From NCBI GenBank assembly GCA_051439425.1, contig JBFRWD010000178.1, forward strand, positions 37,931 to 101,930: a stretch of DNA of 64,000 bases, written 5' to 3'. Source of the DNA: Synechococcus sp. (lineage in GTDB: Bacteria > Cyanobacteriota > Cyanobacteriia > Thermostichales > PCC-7336). Below the pieces are notes generated by a model that saw only the letters and a list, made by a program, of their open reading frames with translations, was not told the DNA's origin and ran no database searches. A program made the translations under genes and the position numbers. Position 1 is the stretch's first letter. Each line of letters begins with the position of its first letter. Shown one piece after another: positions 42,638 to 52,138 of the stretch.

Positions 42638-43999
42638 ATGTTTCAATCCACCCGACGACGCTTGGCTTTGTGGTATTCGACTTGTACGGCTGTGCTGCTG
42701 TTACTGTTTGCCAGTTGTTTTTATGGTTACGTCCGGGTCACATTAATTGAGCGAGTGGACGATACATTGAGCCATGTTGTTGAAGTGGTCGAACAGTCTT
42801 TGGTCTTTGAATCTATCTCGTTCGATCCTGCAGCAATTAAGCCAGCGCAGCAAGTGAATTTGGAGGACAGTTTCAAGCATCGTTCGCCAGCAGTGGACGA
42901 CGATCGGATCGATTTGGAGTGGTTTAGTCCAGAGGGAGACGTGTTGTGGTCTACGTTTCCAGTAACCCTATCAGTGCCACAACTTAACCCGCAACCCAAG
43001 CGGGGCCAGCAGCTAGAGCAAACTGTGACCTTGTCAGACGACTATACGCTGCGTCAACTGACGGCACCAGTTCTCTACGAAGATCGGTTGGTGGGCTATT
43101 TGCGAGCCAGTCATCCCTGGTTTGAAGTCACCAAGCCCACTCGGCAGCTCGTTCAAGATTTAGCCCTTGGAGTCACCGGGACTCTTGGAATTGTGGGAGT
43201 TGTGGGGTGGTTTCTGTCGGGATTGGCGATTGCTCCAGTGATTGAGTCGTATCAAAGACTAAAACAATTTACTGCGGATGCCTCTCACGAACTACGCAGC
43301 CCGATCGCCAGCATTCAAACTAACGTGCAAGTGGCACTATCAAATACGGACCTACACGAGAACGATCGAAATAACTGGCTAATTGTCGAGCGCTTGTCGC
43401 AGCGGCTGGGACAACTCGTTGATGACCTGTTATTTCTGGCCAGGCAGGATACTAGAGCGATCGCGCAGCCGCAGTGCTGTGCCCTAGATGTCCTGCTGTT
43501 GGAAGTGGTGGAGGAGCAGCGAGCGCAAGCCACTGCCCGCGATATCGATATCACCATGTCGATCGGAGACGACGGAGAGGACGAGCAAAACTTTTCTATT
43601 CTTGGAAACGAAGGCGATTTATTGCGATTGATCGGAAATTTATTGAATAATGCCATTCGCTACACTCCTGAGGGAAAAAACGTGGAAGTGGCATTGGATT
43701 GTGTGGGCAAGGGCAACAAATCATCAATAAAACTGCAAGTTAAAGACTCGGGGATCGGAATTCCGCCAGAGGCGCTCCCAAAACTATTCGACCGGTTCTA
43801 TCGCGTAGATGTGTCTCGTAGCCGCTCTGAAGACTTCAAGGTTGGCAGGCCAACAGGCTCTGGCTTGGGGTTGGCAATTGTCAAGGCGATTGTGGAGCGA
43901 TATGGCGGGCTGATTCAAGTGGACAGCACAGTGGGAAAAGGGAGTTGTTTTTCCGTATGGCTGCCTGTCGCAGACAAAGTCTGCATAGATGATTTGTAA
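42638..43999 (+). CDS. Membrane sensor histidine kinase (ManS-like)
   Basis: MFQSTRRRLALWY N-terminus, two TMs, H-box ADASHELRSP, N/G1/F/G2 boxes (NAIRY, DSGIGI, FDRFYR, GSGLGL). Confidence 0.92.
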   Translation: MFQSTRRRLALWYSTCTAVLLLLFASCFYGYVRVTLIERVDDTLSHVVEVVEQSLVFESISFDPAAIKPAQQVNLEDSFKHRSPAVDDDRIDLEWFSPEGDVLWSTFPVTLSVPQLNPQPKRGQQLEQTVTLSDDYTLRQLTAPVLYEDRLVGYLRASHPWFEVTKPTRQLVQDLALGVTGTLGIVGVVGWFLSGLAIAPVIESYQRLKQFTADASHELRSPIASIQTNVQVALSNTDLHENDRNNWLIVERLSQRLGQLVDDLLFLARQDTRAIAQPQCCALDVLLLEVVEEQRAQATARDIDITMSIGDDGEDEQNFSILGNEGDLLRLIGNLLNNAIRYTPEGKNVEVALDCVGKGNKSSIKLQVKDSGIGIPPEALPKLFDRFYRVDVSRSRSEDFKVGRPTGSGLGLAIVKAIVERYGGLIQVDSTVGKGSCFSVWLPVADKVCIDDL

Positions 44000-44299
44000 A
44001 CAACTGGCCGATTTTCTTGGATTGTTAGGTTTCATCAATTTATGTCGGATAGTGAGGGCATGGAGTCAGTCGTCCCTAACACCTGAGTCTTTCAGCCATG
44101 TTTCACGCACTTCGCCAAGGGTATTTGCGATTCGGATCGGCGACTGCAGCCCCCCCAATCGTGTTCAAAATTGTGCTGGCCAAATTGTGTGGGTTAAACG
44201 GGCCCAGAGATTAAAGACAGCTGTCCGCTGCGGTAAGACGACCGCTATAGTTGGAATTACTTCAGCCCCTCCGAATGTTCCCGGTCATCGAGTGTCGCC

Positions 44300-46384
44300 A
44301 TGCCTGCCCCCAGCCCCTATCGCAGCCGACTCTTTCAGAGCGTTCACCATCATTCTGTCAAAACAGCTCGACGGGCACAGCGAGCTTGGCGCGAAATTAA
44401 GACTATAGCCTCGTTAGGGGTACAGGCCGTTGCTTACTCATTTCAGCATCTGTGGCAAATTGTGCAGGCATCCCACTTACAGATGTCTGCAGCGTCCCAG
44501 CAGGTCAGGTTGGGTTCTGCTTCGGAATCGGGAGACTATGCCCCGTCGTCAACCCAAGCAGCTAGCAAGGCAGTTGCTCGTGTTCTGTCTCTAGCCCGAT
44601 CGCTTCCACTACTCGGAGCACCGGAGGCATCGAAACCGTTGCAAGCTCCAACACTATTGTCTGCTCCCCAGCCACAACAGTTAGGCGATCGCTCCGCAAT
44701 TCAGCAGGTAGCCCAGACTTCACCGATAACTTCCTCTAGGAAGACATCAGTTGCACCAACTCTAGTCGGAATTCGAGCGATCGCATCCCAGTTAGACGAG
44801 CGCCATGTTGTCTTGGTGACACGCCACAACGAGTTACTGGACTGTCTGACTGCCGATCAGCAAACGGTACTGTTACAGCGCATCGACACCGAGCTAGCCC
44901 TTCTCGCCGCCGCTCCACAGCCGGTGCAAATTGTTCACCAACCCAGCACCTGGCAAGAATCGATTTCGCGGCTGGTCCTACCTGCACAGCGACTACGCCA
45001 GCTACCGGCGGCAACCGAACGCTTGTTGCAATCACCTATCGAACATTGGCAGCGTTTGTCGCAGTCAACGTCATTACGAGCGGCATCAACCCATCGGCTA
45101 GTTGAACCGTTGCAAGAGCTAGTGACTCGTATTCCTCCCAAACAAACGAGTCAAATTGCCAGTCAGCTTGCCTTGCCTCCAGCACGACAGCTAGTCCACA
45201 TGACTGCTCAATTGACAGAACTGATCCCCAAGCGGTTTCAACCATCTCAGTCACTTCAGCCACCCAAGCAATTTCAGCTACCTAAGCAACTTCAGCTTCC
45301 TAAATCACTGCTACCTTCGCAATTAAGACGAGCTGAATTACTACCTCCACCTGCTACTCCACTGAGATCTGCAGCCGCTCCGGCAACGGTACTTGCCTGG
45401 AAGCAGCATCTCCAGCAGCAGTTCCAGTCCCTGTGGCATCGGGCAATTCAGAGCAATGTCCGGACAATACCTATACACTCTGCAAAAGCCGACACATTTT
45501 TGGAGTCCTTGCCGATCGCCCGTTCGGCTTGGGCCACTCGGCAACTCAAGCCATTTCGGCGTTCCGCTGGTCAGTGGCCGGATCTGAATGCTCTCAAAAG
45601 TGTAGAAGCTCCCCTCCTACCTCCCAGCCCTCCCCAACCTTTGTTGACACCAGCCACGATTGGATTCCTCCGGCCAGAGGCACGGGGGTACGTGGTACTC
45701 AGTCGCACTCCGCACAATAGTTTGGTGAAATCGCCGTCGCTGGAGAATGCATCTGAAGCTGATTGCTCGGAGACCGCAGGACTCAACGCGATTTCCAGCT
45801 CTGCGAAATCGGTCGCGGCCTCTCGGTCGCGGTCGACTGCTACTCAAGCAAGATCCCCGAAGCAACGCCAGAAGCAGTCCTCCCTCAAAACCCGTTCCAA
45901 CCAACCTCAAGCTGTATCCAATACATACATTGATGTGGAAGCCACCGACTTGGGATATGACACCTCAGTGATGTCCCGCAGCGTTCACTGGCTAGATCGC
46001 GGGGTCTATGCGATTGAAGAATCTGCTCTCAAAGCTTGGCAGTGGTGGTGTGAATTAGTAGAACCCGAAGGTGCTCCCAAGCCCATCAATACGCTAGGAG
46101 CTAGCCAAGAAGGTCGAGAGTTATTAGTAGCGGGCACGCGCCGCTCTCAAGATATTGTCATTGCCAGCGCAGAATTAGGTGTTGCCCTGTTCCAAGAACT
46201 GTGGCCGCTGATGTGGCACTTACTCAGTGTCTTGGGGCGTCGGGCCGGTCAGGCAACATTCCGCATTGTGGAGTGGATGATATCCGTTGTGCTTCCTGTC
46301 GTTGGTCGTCTAACGATGTCTCTGCTGAAAATGGGTGCCAACTGGGCACAGAATCAGGCGGGGCCTCGAAATTCTCGTAAGTAG
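44300..46384 (+). CDS. Cyanobacterial hypothetical protein with long Q/P/S/L low-complexity middle
   Basis: 694-codon ORF with conserved-looking ends (PYRSRLF; IRAIASQL..RHVVLVT..NELLD.LT.DQQ; YIDVEATDLGY...WLDR). Confidence 0.75.
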   Translation: MPAPSPYRSRLFQSVHHHSVKTARRAQRAWREIKTIASLGVQAVAYSFQHLWQIVQASHLQMSAASQQVRLGSASESGDYAPSSTQAASKAVARVLSLARSLPLLGAPEASKPLQAPTLLSAPQPQQLGDRSAIQQVAQTSPITSSRKTSVAPTLVGIRAIASQLDERHVVLVTRHNELLDCLTADQQTVLLQRIDTELALLAAAPQPVQIVHQPSTWQESISRLVLPAQRLRQLPAATERLLQSPIEHWQRLSQSTSLRAASTHRLVEPLQELVTRIPPKQTSQIASQLALPPARQLVHMTAQLTELIPKRFQPSQSLQPPKQFQLPKQLQLPKSLLPSQLRRAELLPPPATPLRSAAAPATVLAWKQHLQQQFQSLWHRAIQSNVRTIPIHSAKADTFLESLPIARSAWATRQLKPFRRSAGQWPDLNALKSVEAPLLPPSPPQPLLTPATIGFLRPEARGYVVLSRTPHNSLVKSPSLENASEADCSETAGLNAISSSAKSVAASRSRSTATQARSPKQRQKQSSLKTRSNQPQAVSNTYIDVEATDLGYDTSVMSRSVHWLDRGVYAIEESALKAWQWWCELVEPEGAPKPINTLGASQEGRELLVAGTRRSQDIVIASAELGVALFQELWPLMWHLLSVLGRRAGQATFRIVEWMISVVLPVVGRLTMSLLKMGANWAQNQAGPRNSRK

Positions 46385-46440
46385 CCTGAGCCCCAACAAG
46401 GCCGATCCGATACCTGTAGCTGAGCGATTGAGATACTCCC

Positions 46441-46842
46441 CTAACTGGCGATGTCGACAGACTCATTAAACACGTCAAATAGCTGGCGACATACTCGTCG
46501 AAATTTATCGCAGAACCCATTCAGCGGTGGAGTGGAACCCAGAAACTCCCAGTCGGCAATTGTCGAAAATCGCCAGCGTTGATTGTTGAACAAGCCAAAA
46601 CAGACCGCATCGATACCGATCAGGCGATCGCCTGTGAATCTTAGTTGAACTAGCGTTTTGCCAGGGGGGAAATTGAATCCCAAATCGATCGAGTCGGGGT
46701 CGATATGCTCGAGGGTCTCGCGATCGTTAGCCCAAGGGTGCAAGTTGGCAGTTACCCCTGGAAATTCCCGCTTGAACAAATTCACAACGGTTGCAATTTT
46801 AGATGCCGTGTCAAAAGACGTTGCCTTCTCGGATGCGTTCAT
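46441..46842 (-). CDS. Conserved cyanobacterial hypothetical protein
   Basis: MNASE.A....ASKIATVVNLFK.EFP....L.PW.ND......DPDSIDLGF..P...WRFST..W.F.G. Confidence 0.8.
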   Translation of the reverse strand: MNASEKATSFDTASKIATVVNLFKREFPGVTANLHPWANDRETLEHIDPDSIDLGFNFPPGKTLVQLRFTGDRLIGIDAVCFGLFNNQRWRFSTIADWEFLGSTPPLNGFCDKFRRVCRQLFDVFNESVDIAS

Positions 46843-47125
46843 CCCGCTCCCCTCTCCACCGGTCACCATCCAGCACTTGGCTAGAGATGCTTAATTGTAG
46901 TCACGACTACCTCTAATTCCCAATGGGAAAGAGTGTGTCAGGCTACATTCCGACTGACTCTAGCAGTGCCTTTTGACAAGTCTTTGGGATCGAGACACGA
47001 TCCAAAAACATTGAGATGGCATGGCAATTTTGCAAATGCAACACTACGACACCTGCTGACAAGAAGAGAAGGATTGCCTGTTGAGGAGAACAGACCAAAA
47101 TCAGATTCCAGCAAGACTAGTTGTG

Positions 47126-48325
47126 TTAGCCCAATCCACGAGACCAAATCCGAGTGGGTAGTCCCCAGACGTAGATAAAACCTTCGGCAGCTTTGTGATC
47201 GAACTCATCCCCTTCACTGTAGGTAGAAAGAGATTCGTCGTACATCGAAAAACCGGACTTACGACCTGCACATACCGCCTGACCCTTGTGCAAGCGCATC
47301 CGCACAGTTCCGGTAACACGCTCCTGAGTTTTGGAGATGAAACCATCTAAGGCATCTCGCAACGGCGAGAACCACAGTCCGTTGTAAACGAGCTGCCCGT
47401 AGGTTTGCTCAATTCCTGCTTTGTACTGAGTCACATCTTTGGTCAGCACCAAGCTTTCCAAATCGCGGTGGGCGGCGATCAGTACGAGTAGCGCAGGCGT
47501 TTCGTAAATTTCGCGAGATTTAATCCCGACCAAGCGATTCTCGATCATGTCGATGCGACCAATGCCGTGCTCTCCAGCGATCGCATTCAACTGTTCGAAT
47601 AGCGCTACGGGGTCGAGAGACTGTCCGTTGAGTGCTACCGGTACCCCCTGCTCAAATTCAATTTCGATATAGGCGGGCTCATCTGGAGTGTCGGAGATCG
47701 CTCGGGTAAGAGCGTAAACATCTGCTGGAGGCTCTACCCACGGATCTTCTAGAATTCCAGCTTCGGCGCTCCTCCCCAAGATATTCAGGTCAATACTGTA
47801 AGGACTAGATTTTTTCACCGGGAACGTGAGACCAAATTGTTCTCCATAGGCCATGGCTTCCTCTCGACTCATGCCCCATTCGCGGGCAGGAGCCAGAACG
47901 TTGAGAGAGGGGTTTAGAGCAGCGATCGCGACATCGAACCGGACTTGATCGTTACCTTTGCCCGTACAACCATGGGCAACAGCATCCGCCCCTACTTCTT
48001 CTGCGACTTCCACTAGTTTTTTCGCAATCAGCGGTCGCGCTAGGGCTGTAGACAGAGGGTAGCGATTTTCGTAGAGAGCATTAGCCTGAATGGCTGGAAA
48101 CGCATAGTGTTCGATCAGCTCGCGGGTGGCATCTTTAACCAACGATTGCTCGGCACCCACCGTTAGAGCTTTGGCTTGAATGGGCTGCAGTTCAGCACCT
48201 TGACCCAGATCGACAGCCAGGGTTACAACTGACTCTACTCCCCACTCATTCTTTAAATAGGGAATGCATACCGTCGTATCGACACCGCCGGAATACGCCA
48301 GTACGACCTTCTTTGCACGACCCAT
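47126..48325 (-). CDS. argG: Argininosuccinate synthase
   Basis: [41 protein letters not shown]. Confidence 0.98.
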   Translation of the reverse strand: MGRAKKVVLAYSGGVDTTVCIPYLKNEWGVESVVTLAVDLGQGAELQPIQAKALTVGAEQSLVKDATRELIEHYAFPAIQANALYENRYPLSTALARPLIAKKLVEVAEEVGADAVAHGCTGKGNDQVRFDVAIAALNPSLNVLAPAREWGMSREEAMAYGEQFGLTFPVKKSSPYSIDLNILGRSAEAGILEDPWVEPPADVYALTRAISDTPDEPAYIEIEFEQGVPVALNGQSLDPVALFEQLNAIAGEHGIGRIDMIENRLVGIKSREIYETPALLVLIAAHRDLESLVLTKDVTQYKAGIEQTYGQLVYNGLWFSPLRDALDGFISKTQERVTGTVRMRLHKGQAVCAGRKSGFSMYDESLSTYSEGDEFDHKAAEGFIYVWGLPTRIWSRGLG

Positions 48326-48548
48326 GCTCGCTCTCGCAAATACTCACATCAGATAAGCGTACTATGCGAGCCAAACGTTGCACGGTGAAATACCCAATTA
48401 ATTACTGCGTCTGCTTCCAAAAGTAAATGATTTTCTTGACAGCGCAAATTGACAGCAGACTCAGTGCAATACAAGCATCGACAGAGGCAAATGATAGAGT
48501 TAAAAGGATGAATAGCTACTCTCGACCGAGGGATAGAGCGCGTCACCT

Positions 48549-50168
48549 ATGGCAGATTTTTCCGTTCGTTTCCGCCAGCTCACTCAACGATTGCTGGACC
48601 AAACGCAAATAAAAGAAATATTCAACGAGCCGGAAGTCAGCGAAAGCCAAGGCATTGCACGCCAGTTGGCAGAAGCTGGCGAACGTGTCACCCAGCTCAG
48701 TCAAGTAGTCGCTGAAGCAGAAGTGCTCAGTCAACTGCATAACTCGTTAGTCAACGAGTGCGAATCGCTGCGGATGGAAAAAAGCAACCTCGAATCCTTC
48801 GTTCTCGATTTGCATCAAGAACGAAACGAAATCGAGCCGCAGGTCATGTACTTTCGAGAGGAACTGGCCCAAGCACAGGGTCGATTGGAAGACGTGCAAA
48901 CTCGCGAACGAAGTTTGAGCGATCGCGAGCGTCAACTCACCGATATCGTTGCCCAGTTGGAGCGCCGACGGGCGGTACTCAACCAAACCATTGAGAATCT
49001 CACCAACCAAGAAGCCGATTTCATCGTTCGCACTCAAGAGCTGTCGCAAGCGATTGAAACGCGTGAAGAGCAAGCCACTCAGATGATGCAGACGGTGTCT
49101 CACTTCACCGTCTCGTTGGATGAACTGCTCACTCAGGTGGATGAGAAGCGAGCAGAACTCAAAGCCTTGGGTACCGATCCGGACGAGGTGCTGCGAGAAA
49201 AACTGCAGGAAGCGAAAGAGTTTCTGAGAGAGGTTGAAGCCACCCAAGATCCTCCCCCTCGCAGCTATGCTGACGAACGCTATCCTTCAGACCCTTACGC
49301 TCAAAACGATCCCTACCAACAAAGCGATTCATACTCGCAGAACGATCCCTATGCACAGGACGGCAGCTACCCACCCAACAGTTACGAAAACGGCTACGGC
49401 GATCGCCCCGATTACAATCAGGGATACTCCGAGCAGGATTACAATCGTGGCTACAATCAGCAAGAATATGCCAATACTGGCTATCCGCCCTATAACCCAG
49501 AACCCTCGCCGTCTCCTGGGTACGCACAGGCAGCTCCCTACGATAGCACTGCCTATGCTAACGCCGGCTATTCAAACGATACCTTCGTCGACACTAACTC
49601 TGTGACCTACGGCAATTCGCAGCAGCCGGCTCCCACCAGAGAGAATGCTGGCTATGGTGATGATTACGCTACGGCAACTAACGACCCTTCGGATAGCTAT
49701 AACTACGGCACCTACAACCCTAACGGCGATCCCCCCAATAGTTACCCCCCCAGCAATTACAATCCTGACGGTTACGACTCTAGAGATTTTGCCAATCAAC
49801 CATACGAGAACTCTGCTGGTTCTCCTAACGGAGAGTTCGCAAACACTGGTAGTAACAACCAACTGGAGAATAGCGATCTAGGTGCTGAGCACCAGGGCAT
49901 TGACAGCCAAAGTCTTGGGGCGCAAGACTACAGCAGCCAAAACTTTGAGTCTTATCCGGCTAATAACTACTCAGACGGAACTTCTGCTCCCCCATTGTTT
50001 GATGGCACTAGTGTTGCTGCCGGTGCCAATTCCCCGTTTCCTGCTCCTTACTCGGACGATCCTTGGATGGATAATCCACCAGAATCCCCAGCCTCGTCTG
50101 ATGTAGAAGACGATAAGGATGCGGAGCCTTTTAGTTCATCTCCTTTCAACGACAATCCCTGGGGCTAA
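48549..50168 (+). CDS. Hypothetical protein: N-terminal coiled coil, C-terminal Y/N/P/D/S-rich disordered tail
   Basis: Heptad-like E/Q/L region (about aa 35-230), then a low-complexity Tyr-spaced region; 539-codon ORF. Confidence 0.8.
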   Translation: MADFSVRFRQLTQRLLDQTQIKEIFNEPEVSESQGIARQLAEAGERVTQLSQVVAEAEVLSQLHNSLVNECESLRMEKSNLESFVLDLHQERNEIEPQVMYFREELAQAQGRLEDVQTRERSLSDRERQLTDIVAQLERRRAVLNQTIENLTNQEADFIVRTQELSQAIETREEQATQMMQTVSHFTVSLDELLTQVDEKRAELKALGTDPDEVLREKLQEAKEFLREVEATQDPPPRSYADERYPSDPYAQNDPYQQSDSYSQNDPYAQDGSYPPNSYENGYGDRPDYNQGYSEQDYNRGYNQQEYANTGYPPYNPEPSPSPGYAQAAPYDSTAYANAGYSNDTFVDTNSVTYGNSQQPAPTRENAGYGDDYATATNDPSDSYNYGTYNPNGDPPNSYPPSNYNPDGYDSRDFANQPYENSAGSPNGEFANTGSNNQLENSDLGAEHQGIDSQSLGAQDYSSQNFESYPANNYSDGTSAPPLFDGTSVAAGANSPFPAPYSDDPWMDNPPESPASSDVEDDKDAEPFSSSPFNDNPWG

Positions 50169-50466
50169 TGCAGTCCAACTCGATAGCCATCCGACTGTAA
50201 TCATGATGTTTCGTGAAGTCCCGAAATTGCCAGACATATGGAGACCTGCTTCATTTGGAAAACGACCCAGAGCTTGAATGAACTGGAATGATTAGGTTCG
50301 ATTAGAGTCGCCGCTCTGAGAACGCCAGCATTCACAAAAAATTCACAATACAGTGACACTCTGGAGCCAATCCGGGGAGCGAATACACCTACGTTTCATC
50401 GCTGAGGATAGTTCAAAGAACTATCCCCCAGCTTCCCAAACGAGTATCGGAAGAGGTTACCGAACG

Positions 50467-50901
50467 GTGTCCATATCTGTTTCATCCCCTTCCCCTCAAT
50501 CTCAACGGCAGGGAACAGTTCTGGTCGTAGACGACAGCCGAACCAATCGCATTATCCTTGAACGGCAACTGCAATCTATAGGGTGGCAAGTTCAGCAAGC
50601 AACTGACGGGCGTGAAGCCTTGCTTCGCATCGGGAAATGTTGCTTTGACTTTGTCTTGATGGATTGCCAAATGCCCGAGATGGATGGCTACGAGGCAACT
50701 CGACGGCTGCGCTTGTGGGAAGGAGTGCGAAAACGAACAATTGTTATTGCTCTAACGGCTAATACTCGGCCTGGCCACAAAGAGTTTTGCCTAGCGTCTG
50801 GTATGGACGGGTATCTCAACAAGCCTATTTCCACAGCAGACTTATTGCAGCTTGTGCAGCAGTGGTTGCCCGTGCAAAGAATTGAAAATTGTATCGGCTA
50901 G
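50467..50901 (+). CDS. Single-domain response regulator (receiver)
   Basis: VLVVDDS..N, VLMDCQMPEMDGYEATR, IALTAN, GMDGYLNKP; GTG start assumed. Confidence 0.9.
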   Translation: MSISVSSPSPQSQRQGTVLVVDDSRTNRIILERQLQSIGWQVQQATDGREALLRIGKCCFDFVLMDCQMPEMDGYEATRRLRLWEGVRKRTIVIALTANTRPGHKEFCLASGMDGYLNKPISTADLLQLVQQWLPVQRIENCIG

Positions 50902-51018
50902 TCCACAAAGGACAGAGTCGAAGGTTGCTTGGCAAGCTTTTTCGGACAAGGCAACTACCAGTTAATGTTGGTTTGTGTGATGAGGTCTACCGGCAATCTC
51001 CCTTCCGAGGACCGTGGC

Positions 51019-51372
51019 ATGACGAATGAAACTTCTCCCTCCGGTATTAATGAACGCATTATCGCTCGGGCCCGATTGGCCAATATTTCAGAAGGCGATC
51101 GAGAGTTTGAGTTGGAATTACTCGAAGCTTACATCGAGGATGCCGGTCATTGCTTGCAAGAAATCGAAACAGCTCTTACCGCAGCAGGTTGGCAGCAGCT
51201 TGGGGCTGTTGCCCACCAGTTGAAAGGAGCCAGTGGGAACGTTGGAGCAATACAAATGATGGAACTGTGTGCCCAATTAGAAGAGGAGGCCCGAAACCAC
51301 TGTCACAATGGGACAATCGACGCACTCTATCAAACGTTAGAAGCCGTCAAACGTGCGGCAAGTCAATGGTAA
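51019..51372 (+). CDS. Hpt (histidine phosphotransfer) protein
   Basis: ELLEAYIED...AHQLKGASGNVGA..M..LC.QLE. Confidence 0.9.
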   Translation: MTNETSPSGINERIIARARLANISEGDREFELELLEAYIEDAGHCLQEIETALTAAGWQQLGAVAHQLKGASGNVGAIQMMELCAQLEEEARNHCHNGTIDALYQTLEAVKRAASQW

Positions 51373-51549
51373 CTAGAAGGCTAAGTTCTCAGCATGAATC
51401 TCTTGCCAGAGTATAGAAATATTTTCGTCAAACGATGACCCCCGTGACTCCTAGACGCTAACGACTGATGTAGCGAAGCACCAATCTATTGGGGAAGTAG
51501 GGGGGAGAAACCCTGCCTTGCGAGTCGGCTTATGGGTAATTGATATGCA

Positions 51550-51984
51550 TTAGCTTGCTGCCGGACGATCTGCGTAAGCCTCCCATACCCGCTGAACAAA
51601 TACGCGTAATTGCTGTTGCGCAACCTCTAACGGGAGGGATGCTCTATCAACCATGTAAGGCAACATATCCTCCGCATAAGCTGGTGAAAAATGAGCGGCA
51701 GGCCACAGTAAATCAGGAACGCCTTCCAGGTTCATTGCAGACCGATTGCCAGTCTGTCGGCAAACGAGCAGAACTGGACGTGCCCAGGCCATTTCTCTAC
51801 TACTTGACGGCGACGTTAATTGAACCAACTCTGCAAACAACACCCAGTCTTCCACTTCCATTTGATACATAGGACGCGGCTTAGCAGGGGGAAGAGCCCC
51901 ACTGTCTGTACTAGTCGCCTCTGCATCAAACTCATGCAAAGGCTGGGTAGACGATAAACATTGGCTAGGGAGTTGGGGCAGCAT
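51550..51984 (-). CDS. Cyanobacterial hypothetical protein (start may be ATG 51870)
   Basis: LFAELVQ....MAWARPVLL...DLLWP...F.PA motif pattern. Confidence 0.65.
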   Translation of the reverse strand: MLPQLPSQCLSSTQPLHEFDAEATSTDSGALPPAKPRPMYQMEVEDWVLFAELVQLTSPSSSREMAWARPVLLVCRQTGNRSAMNLEGVPDLLWPAAHFSPAYAEDMLPYMVDRASLPLEVAQQQLRVFVQRVWEAYADRPAAS

Positions 51985-52138
51985 TCGGGACGTAGAGTAT
52001 ATGTACGCATTCTAAGTCGTCCGCCCAAGTATAAACGTATTCCGGCTGCCGACCACAATGAGTGCCGTATTGAGATGAAAGAATACTGCTTTTGAATCGC
52101 TAGGAATTCTTGTATTGCATGTGGCAATTGGATCGAAA

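Noticed and set aside
48436..48456. Tandem TTGACAGC direct repeat in the argG divergent promoter
   Set aside because: Neither TTGACA has a good -10 at 16-18 nt spacing, so a promoter or operator call is not supportable.
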